Origin: a virus
Lineage: Duplodnaviria; Caudoviricetes
Virus record (IMG/VR): IMGVR_UViG_3300017565_000034
Coordinates: 1-35,841 of that record
DNA length: 35,841 bases
Strand: one strand, 5' to 3'
Of the stretch, positions 1-9,404 are shown one piece after another (position 1 is the stretch's first letter; the number at the start of each line of letters is the position of its first letter). The translations under genes were made by a program, and so were the position numbers. The notes below the pieces were generated by a model. It was not told where the DNA came from and ran no database searches. It saw only the letters and a program-made list of their open reading frames with translations.

Positions 1-335
1 CGGAGGCCCCGGGGGAATGTCATGCCGAGGATCGACTTGACGAGGTCGTACTGCTCGCCTGCCGTCAGCTCGCGAAACGCGTACTCGATCGTCGGCGCGT
101 CGCCCATCTTCCCCGTCCCAGCGGCGATCAGCTGAGCGATGGCCAGCGGCGCCTTCTGGATCAAGCTCATGACCATGTCCCCCTCGAGGGACCGCTCTGC
201 GAAGATGCGGCGAAGCTCGTCACTATCCGCCAGGAGCTCGAATATGACCGCCGCGGAGGCGCCCTGGGTCTCGACGACCTGGTTGCGGATTGTGACCTTG
301 TCCCGGAGGGGACCGATGTCGACTAGTGATACCAT
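1..335 (-). CDS. Tail assembly chaperone (pre-tape-measure), partial, runs off the window
   Basis: Not in the ORF track; read manually. ATG at 333-335 with AAGGAAG RBS upstream; open frame MVSLVDIGPLRDKVTIRNQVVETQG...ILGMTFPRGL to the window edge; directly follows the tail tube gene. Confidence 0.7.
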   Translation of the reverse strand, partial: MVSLVDIGPLRDKVTIRNQVVETQGASAAVIFELLADSDELRRIFAERSLEGDMVMSLIQKAPLAIAQLIAAGTGKMGDAPTIEYAFRELTAGEQYDLVKSILGMTFPRGL

Positions 336-369
336 CTCAGTGTCTTCCTTCTGCTGTCAGCAGTTTCCA

Positions 370-394
370 GCCAGGCGGGACCGCCCCGCCTGGC
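370..394 (-). terminator. GC-rich hairpin after the tail tube gene (terminator or RNA stability element)
   Basis: GCCAGGCGGG (370-379) pairs with CCCGCCTGGC (385-394), 5-nt loop; no U-tract follows on the minus strand. Confidence 0.4.
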
Positions 395-413
395 ATCTCG
401 TGCGTCAGCCGGA

Positions 414-959
414 TCAGCTCGCCGGCTCGACGTTCGTCCACTTGGCCAGGCCGAACTTGCCGGCATTCGGCCCGTCGTTGGCCGCCAGCATGTCGGCGGT
501 CAGCTCCATCTGGTTCCACTCGTCCGAGATGAGGTCGATGTCGCCATCGGGCGTGATGGAGATGTGGTAGAGGTCGACCGTGATCTTGGGACCGACGTCG
601 TTCGTGCCGACGAACTTGAGCGCCCCCGTGACCACGTTCTGAGAGAAGATCTCGACCTCGGGACCGCCGACGGCCGCCTCGTCCACGGTGCCGAGGACCA
701 TCAGCGCGAAGTTGTGCGCCGTGATCTCCTCCATCGTGATCTTGACGGTACCCTTCTTCTCGAGGACGACAGTCAGGTCCTTGGACTTGGTGCCCAGGCG
801 AGAAGTGAAGTGCTCCAGGGTGGTCATGTCGGGCGTGATCGTGAGCGAGGACACGTTGCCCATGTCGCGGAACGTGACCTCACCGGTCTTCTGGAAGCTG
901 ACGATCCCCTTGCCAACCTGGAGGTTGTCGACGTTGGGGGAAGTTAGGGTCGGTGCCAT
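414..959 (-). CDS. Major tail (tube) protein, siphovirus type
   Basis: 181 aa, acidic and beta-rich; motifs GKGIVSF, DMGNVSSLTITP, LEHFTSR, LKFVGTNDVGP, LISDEW are typical of this tail tube family; AGGAG RBS; synteny. Confidence 0.8.
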   Translation of the reverse strand: MAPTLTSPNVDNLQVGKGIVSFQKTGEVTFRDMGNVSSLTITPDMTTLEHFTSRLGTKSKDLTVVLEKKGTVKITMEEITAHNFALMVLGTVDEAAVGGPEVEIFSQNVVTGALKFVGTNDVGPKITVDLYHISITPDGDIDLISDEWNQMELTADMLAANDGPNAGKFGLAKWTNVEPAS

Positions 960-974
960 ATCTCAATTCTCCTT

Positions 975-1454
975 CTAAGTTCGGGGATCGAACACGTATG
1001 TGATCTGGAAGTCCAATCGCATCTGACCCGCCATGGCAGCTCCGGACTGCATGTCCGTCTCTGCCCCGGTGTAGGTCAAGGCGCCGTTGCTGCCCAGGAG
1101 GGCTCTCAATTGGGTGTCCGCGAGGATGAGGCGGGACACCTCTACCTTGTGCTCGTTGAGCTTCTTCCCGACGTTCTCGCCGTCGGGAGCCACGTTGGTC
1201 GGACCGGCAGTCTTCAGGAGGACGAAGACCTGTGGTCGCATGATCTTGGTCGTCCGCACGACGACCTGGTCCCCTCCCCGACCATTCCGCGGTGGGCGAA
1301 GGCCCTCGACCTCGCTGCCATCCATCAGGACGATGGCGGGCCGCATGTTGTTGTCGACCAGGCCCCGGTTCCTGACGACCGTCGTGATGTCGGGGACGGT
1401 CCTCAGGATCTCCAGGAGGCGGGCTAGGATATCTTCTCGAGTGGTCGCTGGCAT
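975..1454 (-). CDS. Tail terminator / tail completion protein
   Basis: 159 aa, begins TREDILARLLEIL, has PAIVLMDGSE and C-terminal FQITY; immediately upstream of the tail tube. Confidence 0.7.
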   Translation of the reverse strand: MPATTREDILARLLEILRTVPDITTVVRNRGLVDNNMRPAIVLMDGSEVEGLRPPRNGRGGDQVVVRTTKIMRPQVFVLLKTAGPTNVAPDGENVGKKLNEHKVEVSRLILADTQLRALLGSNGALTYTGAETDMQSGAAMAGQMRLDFQITYVFDPRT

Positions 1455-1458
1455 GTGT

Positions 1459-2883
1459 CTAACCTGTGAGGAAGATGACGGGGCGGACCTGCGGAGAGTC
1501 TGGCGGCAGCTCGCCGTGGACAGCGTCCGCCATGAGGATGCCCGTGGACATGCTGCCAGCGAAGCTTACGGTTCGGTCGGGAGCAGCGCCGCTGCCGTAG
1601 ACATATTCCCAGGCAGCTGCCATCGATCCGGTGCCAGATGCATTCTCGTTGTAGAGCGAGGTCCCGAAGTTGAACGGTCCGCGAAGACCCAATGACACGG
1701 AGAAGAAGAAGGCAAGGTTGATCACAGTGTTCTTGACGTGAGTCAGGGTCACGGGATCGAGCGATGCAGACGTCGTTGCAGCACGACCAGACGACACGGG
1801 GTTCGCACCGCCAACGCCGTCGTCGAATGGGTGGTCAAGATCTGACACGCCGTTGATCGGAACGAAGCCCATGAACGACCCATTCGGAAGCGCATCATAC
1901 TCCACAGTAGCAGACAGACCGCTCTCATCAAAGTCGTTTGCTCGGCCCCACCATATTTCGCCGTTTATGACAACGGACGACAGTCCGGTGTAGGAGACTT
2001 TCTTTCTCTTTGCGAGGACGATCCCGTTTGAGAGGGTGACGCTGGTGACCGAAGTATCTACGCCGGACTTATTCCTGTAGGACGCGATGAAGGCCACGAG
2101 GATCGCGTTCGCCTTGAGGTCGATGTTCGCGCCAGTCGTGTAGCTGAGTGCGCCGCCATTCTGGTCGTATCGGGCAGCGGAGTCTACTGTGAGTACCGGG
2201 GGCGGCGCTCCGTTGATCGCGTCAGCGTACCCGGCGATGTTGTAGCCAAAGCCGCCAGTTGCTGCGTAGGAGATGGTTCGGGGAGAGACATTTCCTGGAG
2301 CGGACACCAGGCAGTGCCGGTGCCAGTTTGCAGCAGAGGCTTCGTTGAAGAGGGCAGTGCCCGCCGACGGCACGGGAGTCTTGGTAGTGTCGAACGATCC
2401 GGAGAAGTAATAGAACAGCTCTAGGTCATCGGCAGACGCTGCCGTAGAAGTGGCGGACAGGTTGCCCATCGTCGAGCCGCTGTAGTAGTAATTATTGTAG
2501 GCATTGGCTTGGGAGAAGGGCTTGCTCCAGTCGAGGACGCCCGTGATCCTGCACACCGTGATGACGGCGGACTTGACGTAGCCAGAGTGGGTGACAGACG
2601 GCGTGAATGTTCCGCTCGACGTCGCCCTGGCCCAGTAGACCACGACGCGAGCGTTGACACCATTGAGCGGAGTGACGTAGTTCTTCCTCAGAGCGAATGA
2701 CAGGCCACCCGTCCCCGTCAGTCCCGTGATGTCCGCGCCATTCGAGTTCGGCAGGGACAGCGACACGATCATGAGGACGAGCTCGCCCTCAGCGTAGGAC
2801 GATGCTGGGCCCACGTACGTGCCGCCCGCCGTGTGGGTAGTCGTGTCGTGTATCCGGTAGACTGTAGAGACGGCAGCAGCCAT
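1459..2883 (-). CDS. Virion fibre-associated / putative receptor-binding protein with two tandem beta-sandwich-like domains
   Basis: 474 aa, rich in S/T/G/A/Y; two similar halves (LVLMIVS..ITGLT..FALRK..VVVYWARA versus ILVAFIAS..VTSVT..LAKRK..EIWWGRA); follows the collagen fibre gene. Confidence 0.55.
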   Translation of the reverse strand: MAAAVSTVYRIHDTTTHTAGGTYVGPASSYAEGELVLMIVSLSLPNSNGADITGLTGTGGLSFALRKNYVTPLNGVNARVVVYWARATSSGTFTPSVTHSGYVKSAVITVCRITGVLDWSKPFSQANAYNNYYYSGSTMGNLSATSTAASADDLELFYYFSGSFDTTKTPVPSAGTALFNEASAANWHRHCLVSAPGNVSPRTISYAATGGFGYNIAGYADAINGAPPPVLTVDSAARYDQNGGALSYTTGANIDLKANAILVAFIASYRNKSGVDTSVTSVTLSNGIVLAKRKKVSYTGLSSVVINGEIWWGRANDFDESGLSATVEYDALPNGSFMGFVPINGVSDLDHPFDDGVGGANPVSSGRAATTSASLDPVTLTHVKNTVINLAFFFSVSLGLRGPFNFGTSLYNENASGTGSMAAAWEYVYGSGAAPDRTVSFAGSMSTGILMADAVHGELPPDSPQVRPVIFLTG

Positions 2884-2885
2884 GG

Positions 2886-4739
2886 TCAGCGCGTTCCGTA
2901 GAAGTTCAGCGACAAGTCGGCCAGCGAGCTGTCCGGGGTGGACTGTCCGACGATCGTGAAGATGTCGTCCTCTGCGAACGTCACTGCGCTCGCGAATGTC
3001 ACGGCCGGCGCTGTCCCAGACGCGGCCCAGACGAGCGTGCCAATCGACGCGCCGTTCTTGTAGAGAGTCATCGTGTACGTTGCCGTGGCTGCCACGTCCG
3101 CCAGGAAGTTGGAGTGCGTGAGGCCAGCAGGCAGCGTGAAGCTGCGGACGACGATCTGCTTGAGCACCTTCTGGTTGGCGTTCAGCTTCCCGAACAGGTT
3201 GACCGTGATGTCGGCGGCGTTGATCGGGTCAGGTCCAGGCTCACCCTGAATGCCCTGGTCGCCCTTGACGCCCTGGTCTCCCTGAATGCCCTGGGGGCCG
3301 CGAATGTCGACGGCATCCCCGATCGTCGAGGTCAGCCCCGTGGTGCTCACGTAGAGCCCCGTGCTGCCGGGCTTCGCACCGCTGCCGCCGATCCAGTCCG
3401 TCAGGCGAAGGACTCGCCTGGTCCCGTCGTTGACGACGGAGAACACGGGGGACCAGCCATCGTTGCCGCTGGCACCATCCGCTCCAGCAGCACCATCCGT
3501 GCCGTCCTCCCCCGGTGCTCCCGGGGTCCCCGTCTCTCCCTTAGCGGCCACCAGGGTCCACTTCGCAGGGCTGACTGACGGGCGCTCGTTCAGGCTCACC
3601 TCGGCGTTGGTGTACGATGACCCATTCTCCGACACCAGGGAGTGCGCCGGGTAGTTGCTGGCCGCGGACCACTCCCCTTCGGGGGAGAAGGTCGCGCCGT
3701 CCGCACCATCCGCGCCAGGAGCTCCGGGGGTCCCAGGAGCTCCATCCTCGCCATCGGCGCCCGGCGCCCCCTGAGGTCCCTGCGAGCCCCGAACGTCGAC
3801 GGCGTCGGCGATCGTGGCGGTCAGACCAGTGGCCGACAGGTAGAGGTCGATGGCCGGCTTCGTGCCCGTGCCTCCCTGCCAGTCCACGACCTTGAACACT
3901 CGTCGCTCGCCATCGACCGCGGCCGCGAGGATGGGCAGCCAACCATTGCTGCCGGGGATGCCCTGAATACCCTGGGACCCGTCGGGACCGCGCAGGCCCT
4001 GAGCACCGTCTGCTCCCTGGGCACCGGCGGGGCCGCGGATGTCGGTAGCGTTGGCGAGGACTGTCGTCAGGCCCGTGCTCGAGATGTACCGGCCGACGGG
4101 GGGCTTGGTGCCAGCGCCACCAGTCCAGTCCGAGACCATCTGGACGCGCCGGGTGCCGTCAGCGACCGTCGCGAGGATCGGGGCCCAGCCATTCGGGCCC
4201 ACTGGTCCCGGCTCGCCATCGACGCCGATGCTACCGTCGTTGCCCTTCGGTCCAGCGGGGCCGCGGATGTTAGTCTTGAGGACCCAGGTGTCGGACTCTT
4301 TCTTGTAGAGGTCGCCCGTGAGCGTGTCGAGGTAGAGCTGCCCCTCGGCTCCCTCCCCCGGATCAGGAGGGCCCGGCTCCGTGATGACCTCTGCCCCCGC
4401 GTCGATGATGACCGCGCCATCGGCCCCCGGCACGCCCTGCGCGCCCTGGGGGCCTTCCTTGCCGCGAACGTCCACAGCATCAGCAACGTCAGCGACGAGC
4501 CCGGTCGAGCCGACGAACAGGCCAATGGGCGGCAGCTCGCCGGTTCCCCCCGTCCAGTTCGAAACCATGAGGACCCGGCGCTCGCCATCCGCCACACTGG
4601 CGAAGACAGGAGACCAGCCATCCTCGCCCTGCTCGCCGGGATCGCCCTCGGGACCGATCTCGTCGACCACGGTCGTCTCGATGCCCGGGACCTCGACCTC
4701 GACGACTGTGATGACCTCGTCGTCTTCGATGATGGGCAT
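2886..4739 (-). CDS. Collagen-like fibre protein with repeated globular modules
   Basis: 617 aa; several Gly-X-Y runs separated by four copies of a ~53 aa module GWxP...DGxRRV...WxGGxG..P..G.Y....GL.....DAxDxRG; beta-rich C-terminal domain. Confidence 0.85.
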   Translation of the reverse strand: MPIIEDDEVITVVEVEVPGIETTVVDEIGPEGDPGEQGEDGWSPVFASVADGERRVLMVSNWTGGTGELPPIGLFVGSTGLVADVADAVDVRGKEGPQGAQGVPGADGAVIIDAGAEVITEPGPPDPGEGAEGQLYLDTLTGDLYKKESDTWVLKTNIRGPAGPKGNDGSIGVDGEPGPVGPNGWAPILATVADGTRRVQMVSDWTGGAGTKPPVGRYISSTGLTTVLANATDIRGPAGAQGADGAQGLRGPDGSQGIQGIPGSNGWLPILAAAVDGERRVFKVVDWQGGTGTKPAIDLYLSATGLTATIADAVDVRGSQGPQGAPGADGEDGAPGTPGAPGADGADGATFSPEGEWSAASNYPAHSLVSENGSSYTNAEVSLNERPSVSPAKWTLVAAKGETGTPGAPGEDGTDGAAGADGASGNDGWSPVFSVVNDGTRRVLRLTDWIGGSGAKPGSTGLYVSTTGLTSTIGDAVDIRGPQGIQGDQGVKGDQGIQGEPGPDPINAADITVNLFGKLNANQKVLKQIVVRSFTLPAGLTHSNFLADVAATATYTMTLYKNGASIGTLVWAASGTAPAVTFASAVTFAEDDIFTIVGQSTPDSSLADLSLNFYGTR

Positions 4740-5122
4740 CAGCTCGGCTCCTCTTCGTCGTCATTGTCTCCGCCGATGCCGTCGATGGTGCCCATCACGG
4801 GGACGAACTCGCCATCGGTGTCGTTGCGGAGCTCCATCTCGTACCGGTTCCTCGGAATGCCGTCGGACCGGGTTGGCAGGAGCAGGCGGGTCTGCTCAGC
4901 CGTCGGCTGGATCTTGATCTCGCCGGTCTCCGGGTTCGTGTGCGTGATGCCCGCATTGTTCTCGATGGTCAGGCGAAACAGGATCTTCTTCCCGTCGCTG
5001 ACGCTCATGCGCGCATCCGAGAACGGGATCGCCACGCCGTTGCGCGTGAAGCGCATGACCAGCTTGGGGGTGGTCCCGCGCGTCCAAGCAATGTCGTATG
5101 TCTGCGGCCGTGCCATGCTCAT
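4739..5122 (-). CDS. BppU-N-like fibre adaptor/attachment protein
   Basis: 127 aa; pattern YDIAWTRGTT..F...G...GEIKIQPTAEQT..L....YEMEL....GTI is typical of small adaptors found before fibre genes; overlaps the fibre start. Confidence 0.55.
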   Translation of the reverse strand: MSMARPQTYDIAWTRGTTPKLVMRFTRNGVAIPFSDARMSVSDGKKILFRLTIENNAGITHTNPETGEIKIQPTAEQTRLLLPTRSDGIPRNRYEMELRNDTDGEFVPVMGTIDGIGGDNDDEEEPS

Positions 5123-5127
5123 CCTCT

Positions 5128-6264
5128 CTAGCGTGGGCCCTCGCCCTCTTCGCCCGTCTCCGGGTCATCGTTGGGCGGTTCGGGACCGGTGATCTTGAGG
5201 TCCTTGTCGATGGATATCTCGATCTCGCTCGGCAGCGTCATGTCGATGCTAGAGAAGAAGCTGCCGTTCTTCGTGATCTGGCGCGTCACGCGATCGTAGC
5301 CATCGATGTAGATGCCAACCTTGTACTCGTAGAGGTCGGCGAACTTTCCGTGGACGATCACGTCGTCGTAGTCGTAACCATTTTCGTTGACCTCGAACTT
5401 CTCAAGGTAGTACTCCTTGATCGACTTGTACGTCCTGGCCATGATCCGCAGGCTGTAGGCATCGCCATAGTATTCCGGTGGGATCGCAGGACCGCCGCTC
5501 TGGTAGATGTTGTATCCCGGCGTGTTCATGATCTGCGCACCAGACCACTGCGAGCCGACGGGACCAGACCCCGGGTAATTCCAGCCATAGAGCGGGTGCG
5601 ACGACGGCTTCGTCGAAGCGCTGAACCAGTCGAAGGCAAAGGCCTCAGCGGCTTCCTTCGTGTCGAAGACGAGGTAGTTGTAGTCCGTGTGGTCGTAGAC
5701 GGACATGGCAACGCCGTCCTCGATGCCCGTCCAGCGAAACACGTAGGCAGGGAGCACCCACGTTATGGGAGTGGCAGCCGACCCGCCCACGGTGTTGACC
5801 GTGAAGTCCATGCTGGGCTCGAACTTGACTTTGAACGGTGCGTTCGGAGAGAGGTTAGCGACCTTCCTCAGAGCGGAGATGTCGAAGAAGAAGACGTTGC
5901 CGTGCTTCAGCCCAATGTTCCGGTGGTCGATGCCGCCGGCACCAGCAACGATCGTCCCCGTGTAGACAGCGTCGTCGTAGTTGAAGGCCGTCGCCTTCTT
6001 GAAGATCGTGTCATCCTGCCACTTCTCCGGAGGCCCGGGGAGGGGGACGGACACCGAGAGATTGCTGAACCTCTTCTGAACGAAGTGCTCGCTCTTGACG
6101 CTGAACTTTCGCGGCTGAGCCCCCGCGGTCAGGCGAATGTCAAACGTCAGGTCCGCGTCGCCCCCGCCCTGGCTAGACATCATCTCCAGCTCGACGATGA
6201 GCCACGCACCGGAGACCCAGTGCACGCGCGTGAGCCGGTTCAGGATGTCTTGCTGAAGCGCCAC
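5128..6264 (-). CDS. Hypothetical virion structural protein
   Basis: 378 aa, GTG start 1 nt after the head-closure stop; aromatic and beta-rich; lies in the morphogenesis operon. Confidence 0.6.
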   Translation of the reverse strand: MALQQDILNRLTRVHWVSGAWLIVELEMMSSQGGGDADLTFDIRLTAGAQPRKFSVKSEHFVQKRFSNLSVSVPLPGPPEKWQDDTIFKKATAFNYDDAVYTGTIVAGAGGIDHRNIGLKHGNVFFFDISALRKVANLSPNAPFKVKFEPSMDFTVNTVGGSAATPITWVLPAYVFRWTGIEDGVAMSVYDHTDYNYLVFDTKEAAEAFAFDWFSASTKPSSHPLYGWNYPGSGPVGSQWSGAQIMNTPGYNIYQSGGPAIPPEYYGDAYSLRIMARTYKSIKEYYLEKFEVNENGYDYDDVIVHGKFADLYEYKVGIYIDGYDRVTRQITKNGSFFSSIDMTLPSEIEISIDKDLKITGPEPPNDDPETGEEGEGPR

Positions 6265-6265
6265 G

Positions 6266-6601
6266 TCAGGTCGCCTCGCTGTCGTAGAGGCACGGACAGT
6301 CGTACAGCATCACCGTCCCGTCCGGCCGCGGGCCCTTGACTGGAGCTGTGATGCGGTAGTTCTTGCCATTGAACAGGATCATGTCTTGCTCGTGGTCCGG
6401 TGGGACCTGGAGCTTGTAAGCGGCGATCAGGAAGCGCTCGCTGCCGTCGAGGAAGAGCTCCCGCTCTCGCGGGCTGTACTCGCCTCGGGCAATGGTTGCG
6501 GGCCGCTTGACGCCGTTCCGGACCAGGTAGCCCGGCTTGCCGCCGTTCCACCTGCGGAGGGCTGCGTGGGCCCTCTGCTGCATGGCCTGGAGGTTCGGCA
6601 T
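6266..6601 (-). CDS. Head-closure / head-tail joining protein
   Basis: 111 aa; C-terminal YRITAPVKGPRPDGTVMLYD pattern; synteny after the adaptor. Confidence 0.7.
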   Translation of the reverse strand: MPNLQAMQQRAHAALRRWNGGKPGYLVRNGVKRPATIARGEYSPRERELFLDGSERFLIAAYKLQVPPDHEQDMILFNGKNYRITAPVKGPRPDGTVMLYDCPCLYDSEAT

Positions 6602-6996
6602 CAGGTCACCACCACGATCGCGGGCTTGTTGCTGCGGAGGAGGGCCAGGAAGCGACGGCCATACTCCGTCGTGCCATACCGATCTGAGGACGACAGGGAC
6701 CCCGACGACCGGCCCTTGTCGTAGGACACGCTGAGGCCGCCGCCGAAGCTCTCAGAAGCCACGCCACCGGCGCCCGCCGACCCGACCTCGACCTCGCCGC
6801 CCTCGTCCGAGTTGTCCGTGGCGAGGAGGTGCGCGGTCAGGTACATGACAGCCGGCTGGTAGTCAGCCTCGATCCACGAGTCGTCGATCGAGGACTTCGT
6901 CTCGTTCATGATGGCCTGGATCAAGGTGTCGTCCCGGTCCTGAAAGATCGGGAACCGCTCCTTGAACTGGTCGACGCTGGGGAGGTCGTAGGACAT
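6601..6996 (-). CDS. Head-tail adaptor (DUF4054-like)
   Basis: 131 aa; FKERFPIF, YLTAHLL, SESFGGGLSVSY and YGTTEYGRRFLAL motifs are characteristic of DUF4054. Confidence 0.85.
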   Translation of the reverse strand: MSYDLPSVDQFKERFPIFQDRDDTLIQAIMNETKSSIDDSWIEADYQPAVMYLTAHLLATDNSDEGGEVEVGSAGAGGVASESFGGGLSVSYDKGRSSGSLSSSDRYGTTEYGRRFLALLRSNKPAIVVVT

Positions 6997-7011
6997 GTGG
7001 CGCTCCTGGGC

Positions 7012-7779
7012 TTAGCGGCGGCGCTTCTTGCGCTTGGTTCCGGGATAGTACTGAGCCTCCCCGCCTCCCTGGGGCTCAGGATCAGCCTGGGGGGCCTCCG
7101 GCGGGACCTGCCCCATCCCCTCGGGGTCATCCAGGGCCGGAGCATCGGCGTCGTCCTGGCCCTCCTGAGCTGATCCGTCATCCTCCTCAGCGATGATCTG
7201 GTCCTCGTCGATGATGCCCAGGGAAGCGTCGAGGGACTTGCGCAGGGCCGCGTCCGCGGGAGCGACCTCGGGCGCGTCGGTCTCGTCAGCGTCCTCTTCC
7301 CCGCTGTTCGGCGGGTTCTTGTCCTCGGCGTGGACGGTGCTGTCGACCAGGGCCACGCGGGCGGCTGAGGCCACGGCCCGGACCTGGGACGGGACCATGC
7401 TGGACATGTCGGAGCGGCGGGAGCACCGGATGGCCGTGTCCCGGAGCATCCGGATGATCTCCAGGCGGGTCGGGCGAAGGCGGTGGGGGTCCATGCCCAC
7501 GATCTTGCTGGCCGATGCCAGCAGGACGTCGTAGCTGGTCTCGCTGGCCACGCTCATCAGGTCCAGGACCTCACGGACTGACTGAGGCACTTCTTGGTCA
7601 TCCGCCAGGACCACGAGCGGGTCGCTGTGGCGGCTCATGGCGCGGATGAGGATGTCGTGGGTAACCTTGTCCAGGGTGAGCTTCGCGCTCTTCCCCGGCT
7701 TGATCGTGTGGAAACCGTCCGACGCGTCGCTGATGACGCGGTCGTTGTCTCCAAAGTTGACGAGGGTGACTTCCGGCAT
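7012..7779 (-). CDS. Hypothetical protein after the major capsid gene, with acidic low-complexity region and basic C-terminus
   Basis: 255 aa ORF filling the gap between capsid and adaptor; AGGAG upstream; ends KRKKRRR. Confidence 0.65.
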   Translation of the reverse strand: MPEVTLVNFGDNDRVISDASDGFHTIKPGKSAKLTLDKVTHDILIRAMSRHSDPLVVLADDQEVPQSVREVLDLMSVASETSYDVLLASASKIVGMDPHRLRPTRLEIIRMLRDTAIRCSRRSDMSSMVPSQVRAVASAARVALVDSTVHAEDKNPPNSGEEDADETDAPEVAPADAALRKSLDASLGIIDEDQIIAEEDDGSAQEGQDDADAPALDDPEGMGQVPPEAPQADPEPQGGGEAQYYPGTKRKKRRR

Positions 7780-7827
7780 AGTCCCTGATCTCCTGATCCT
7801 GTCCGCTCCTGGCGGTTTCCTCTAGTC

Positions 7828-7854
7828 AAAAGCTGGGAGCCGTAGCTCCCAGCT
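7828..7854 (-). terminator. Rho-independent terminator after the major capsid gene
   Basis: AGCTGGGAGC-CGTA-GCTCCCAGCT perfect 10-bp stem, followed by a short T run on the minus strand (AAAA at 7828-7831). Confidence 0.75.
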
Positions 7855-7873
7855 GTTCTCGCTGACCCGAAGG

Positions 7874-8833
7874 TCAGGAGGGGTTGTCGACCGTCAGGAT
7901 GCCATCGATGTAGCGGACCGCCTTGGGCCGGCGGATCTCGAGGCCAGCCAGGCGGAAGATGCCCGGGACGTCGAACACCATCGGACCGGTCTGCCAGACG
8001 GGCAGGAAGCGGTGCGGCATCGGGATGTGCATCTTCAGGACCTGCGGATCGCGGCGGTACGCGACCATGCGTCCCGAGTTGGCGAGGCCCGCAGTCTCCA
8101 GGCCGCGAACGCCGCGGATGACCAGGGGCTGGCCGGTCGTCAGCGTGTAGATGTTCTTGGTCTGGAGGAAGTCGAGGATGGTGATCGCCGTGTCCGGGAT
8201 GCGCTTGGTCGCGATGATGTTCAGCGCAGCCACGGGAAGCAGCAGCGTGTTCGCCATCTCGACCTGGAGCGTGTCCACGTAGATGCCCGAGAGAGCCGCG
8301 TTCACGTCCGCGAGGATCGCGTCCGCGTCCTTCTGGTCCCAGACAGTGTGGCCGCCGACGGCCGCCGCCAGGGTCGCCGAGATGCCCGGGTAGTTGATCA
8401 GCCCGGAGAAGGACTTCTCACCCTTGCCGCGGAGGGCCGTGTCATCCACGAACTCCTCGTAGGCGCGGATAGCCGCCGAGGCGCGGTCCGGAGCCAGGCG
8501 AGTGCCCGGGATCATCATGGCCTGGCCGATCTCCTCGAGCGTCCAGCGATATCCGATGTCGGCCATCTCGACGCCGACCTCGTTCTTGGTGCGGTTCACG
8601 TCCGCAACGTGGATGTCCTTGGCATAGTGGTGGAACCAGCCAGCGACGCCCTCCTTGTTGGACGAGTAGTAGGTGACGCTCTTGGCCCACTCGGGAGCCG
8701 AGGTGTCGACCGGGATCAGGAACGGATATTGGATATCCGGGTACTGCTCCTGGTAGACCTGCTGCTCGATGTATGCCGTCTGGGATACAGCGAAGCCCAG
8801 GGCAGCCTGAGCGTCGGGGATGTAAGTCTTCAT
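7874..8833 (-). CDS. Major capsid protein (DUF2184 type, HK97 fold)
   Basis: 319 aa; YPDIQY..LIPVDTSAPEW, GLINYP, MVAYRRDPQVLKMHIPMP and GLEIRRPKAVRYIDGI motifs; AAGGAG RBS. Confidence 0.92.
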   Translation of the reverse strand: MKTYIPDAQAALGFAVSQTAYIEQQVYQEQYPDIQYPFLIPVDTSAPEWAKSVTYYSSNKEGVAGWFHHYAKDIHVADVNRTKNEVGVEMADIGYRWTLEEIGQAMMIPGTRLAPDRASAAIRAYEEFVDDTALRGKGEKSFSGLINYPGISATLAAAVGGHTVWDQKDADAILADVNAALSGIYVDTLQVEMANTLLLPVAALNIIATKRIPDTAITILDFLQTKNIYTLTTGQPLVIRGVRGLETAGLANSGRMVAYRRDPQVLKMHIPMPHRFLPVWQTGPMVFDVPGIFRLAGLEIRRPKAVRYIDGILTVDNPS

Positions 8834-8918
8834 CTCTTAGTACTCCTTGCGCAGCGCGCGCTTTGGTGTGGTTGCGGGACCAGCGGCCACCAGGCCGCTG
8901 GGCTCATTCCGTTCCCGA

Positions 8919-9404
8919 TCAGGCCGACGGGATGTTGTAGCCGGCGAGCATGACGACGGCGCGACCGCCGATGCCGCAGGAGGTCTTCCATGCAGCACCC
9001 TTGATCGGGCCGACGAGGCCGGTGTTCGTGGCCTTCATCAGCACGCCGGTCGTCGAGTTGAAGAAGACCGGGTCGCCCGCGTTCACGGCCTCGCCCGGCT
9101 CAGCCCAGATCTCGCCGCGGCTCAGGATCGCCATGTTGTTCGGCGCCTGGTACTTGTCGAGGTCTGCCGTCGCCACGTCGCCCCGGAGGGTGATGTCGCG
9201 GACGCTGATGCCCTTGAACTTGGCGAGGGTGCCGCCGAGGACGGTGCCCTGGTCCGAGAGCGTGCCCTGGCCAACGGCGCGGCCGAAGGGAATGCCCGGC
9301 GACGCAGTCTCGCAAATGCCCGTCTTGGTGTCGTAGTCCGATCCGGCGATGACGCCCGGCGAGGGCGGGGCCATGCGCTCGGAATAAGAGGTCTGAGTGC
9401 TCAT
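8919..9404 (-). CDS. Capsid decoration (cement) protein
   Basis: 161 aa; IPFGRAV, FKGISVRD, RGEIW and V.AGDPVF motifs; lies between protease and MCP. Confidence 0.8.
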   Translation of the reverse strand: MSTQTSYSERMAPPSPGVIAGSDYDTKTGICETASPGIPFGRAVGQGTLSDQGTVLGGTLAKFKGISVRDITLRGDVATADLDKYQAPNNMAILSRGEIWAEPGEAVNAGDPVFFNSTTGVLMKATNTGLVGPIKGAAWKTSCGIGGRAVVMLAGYNIPSA

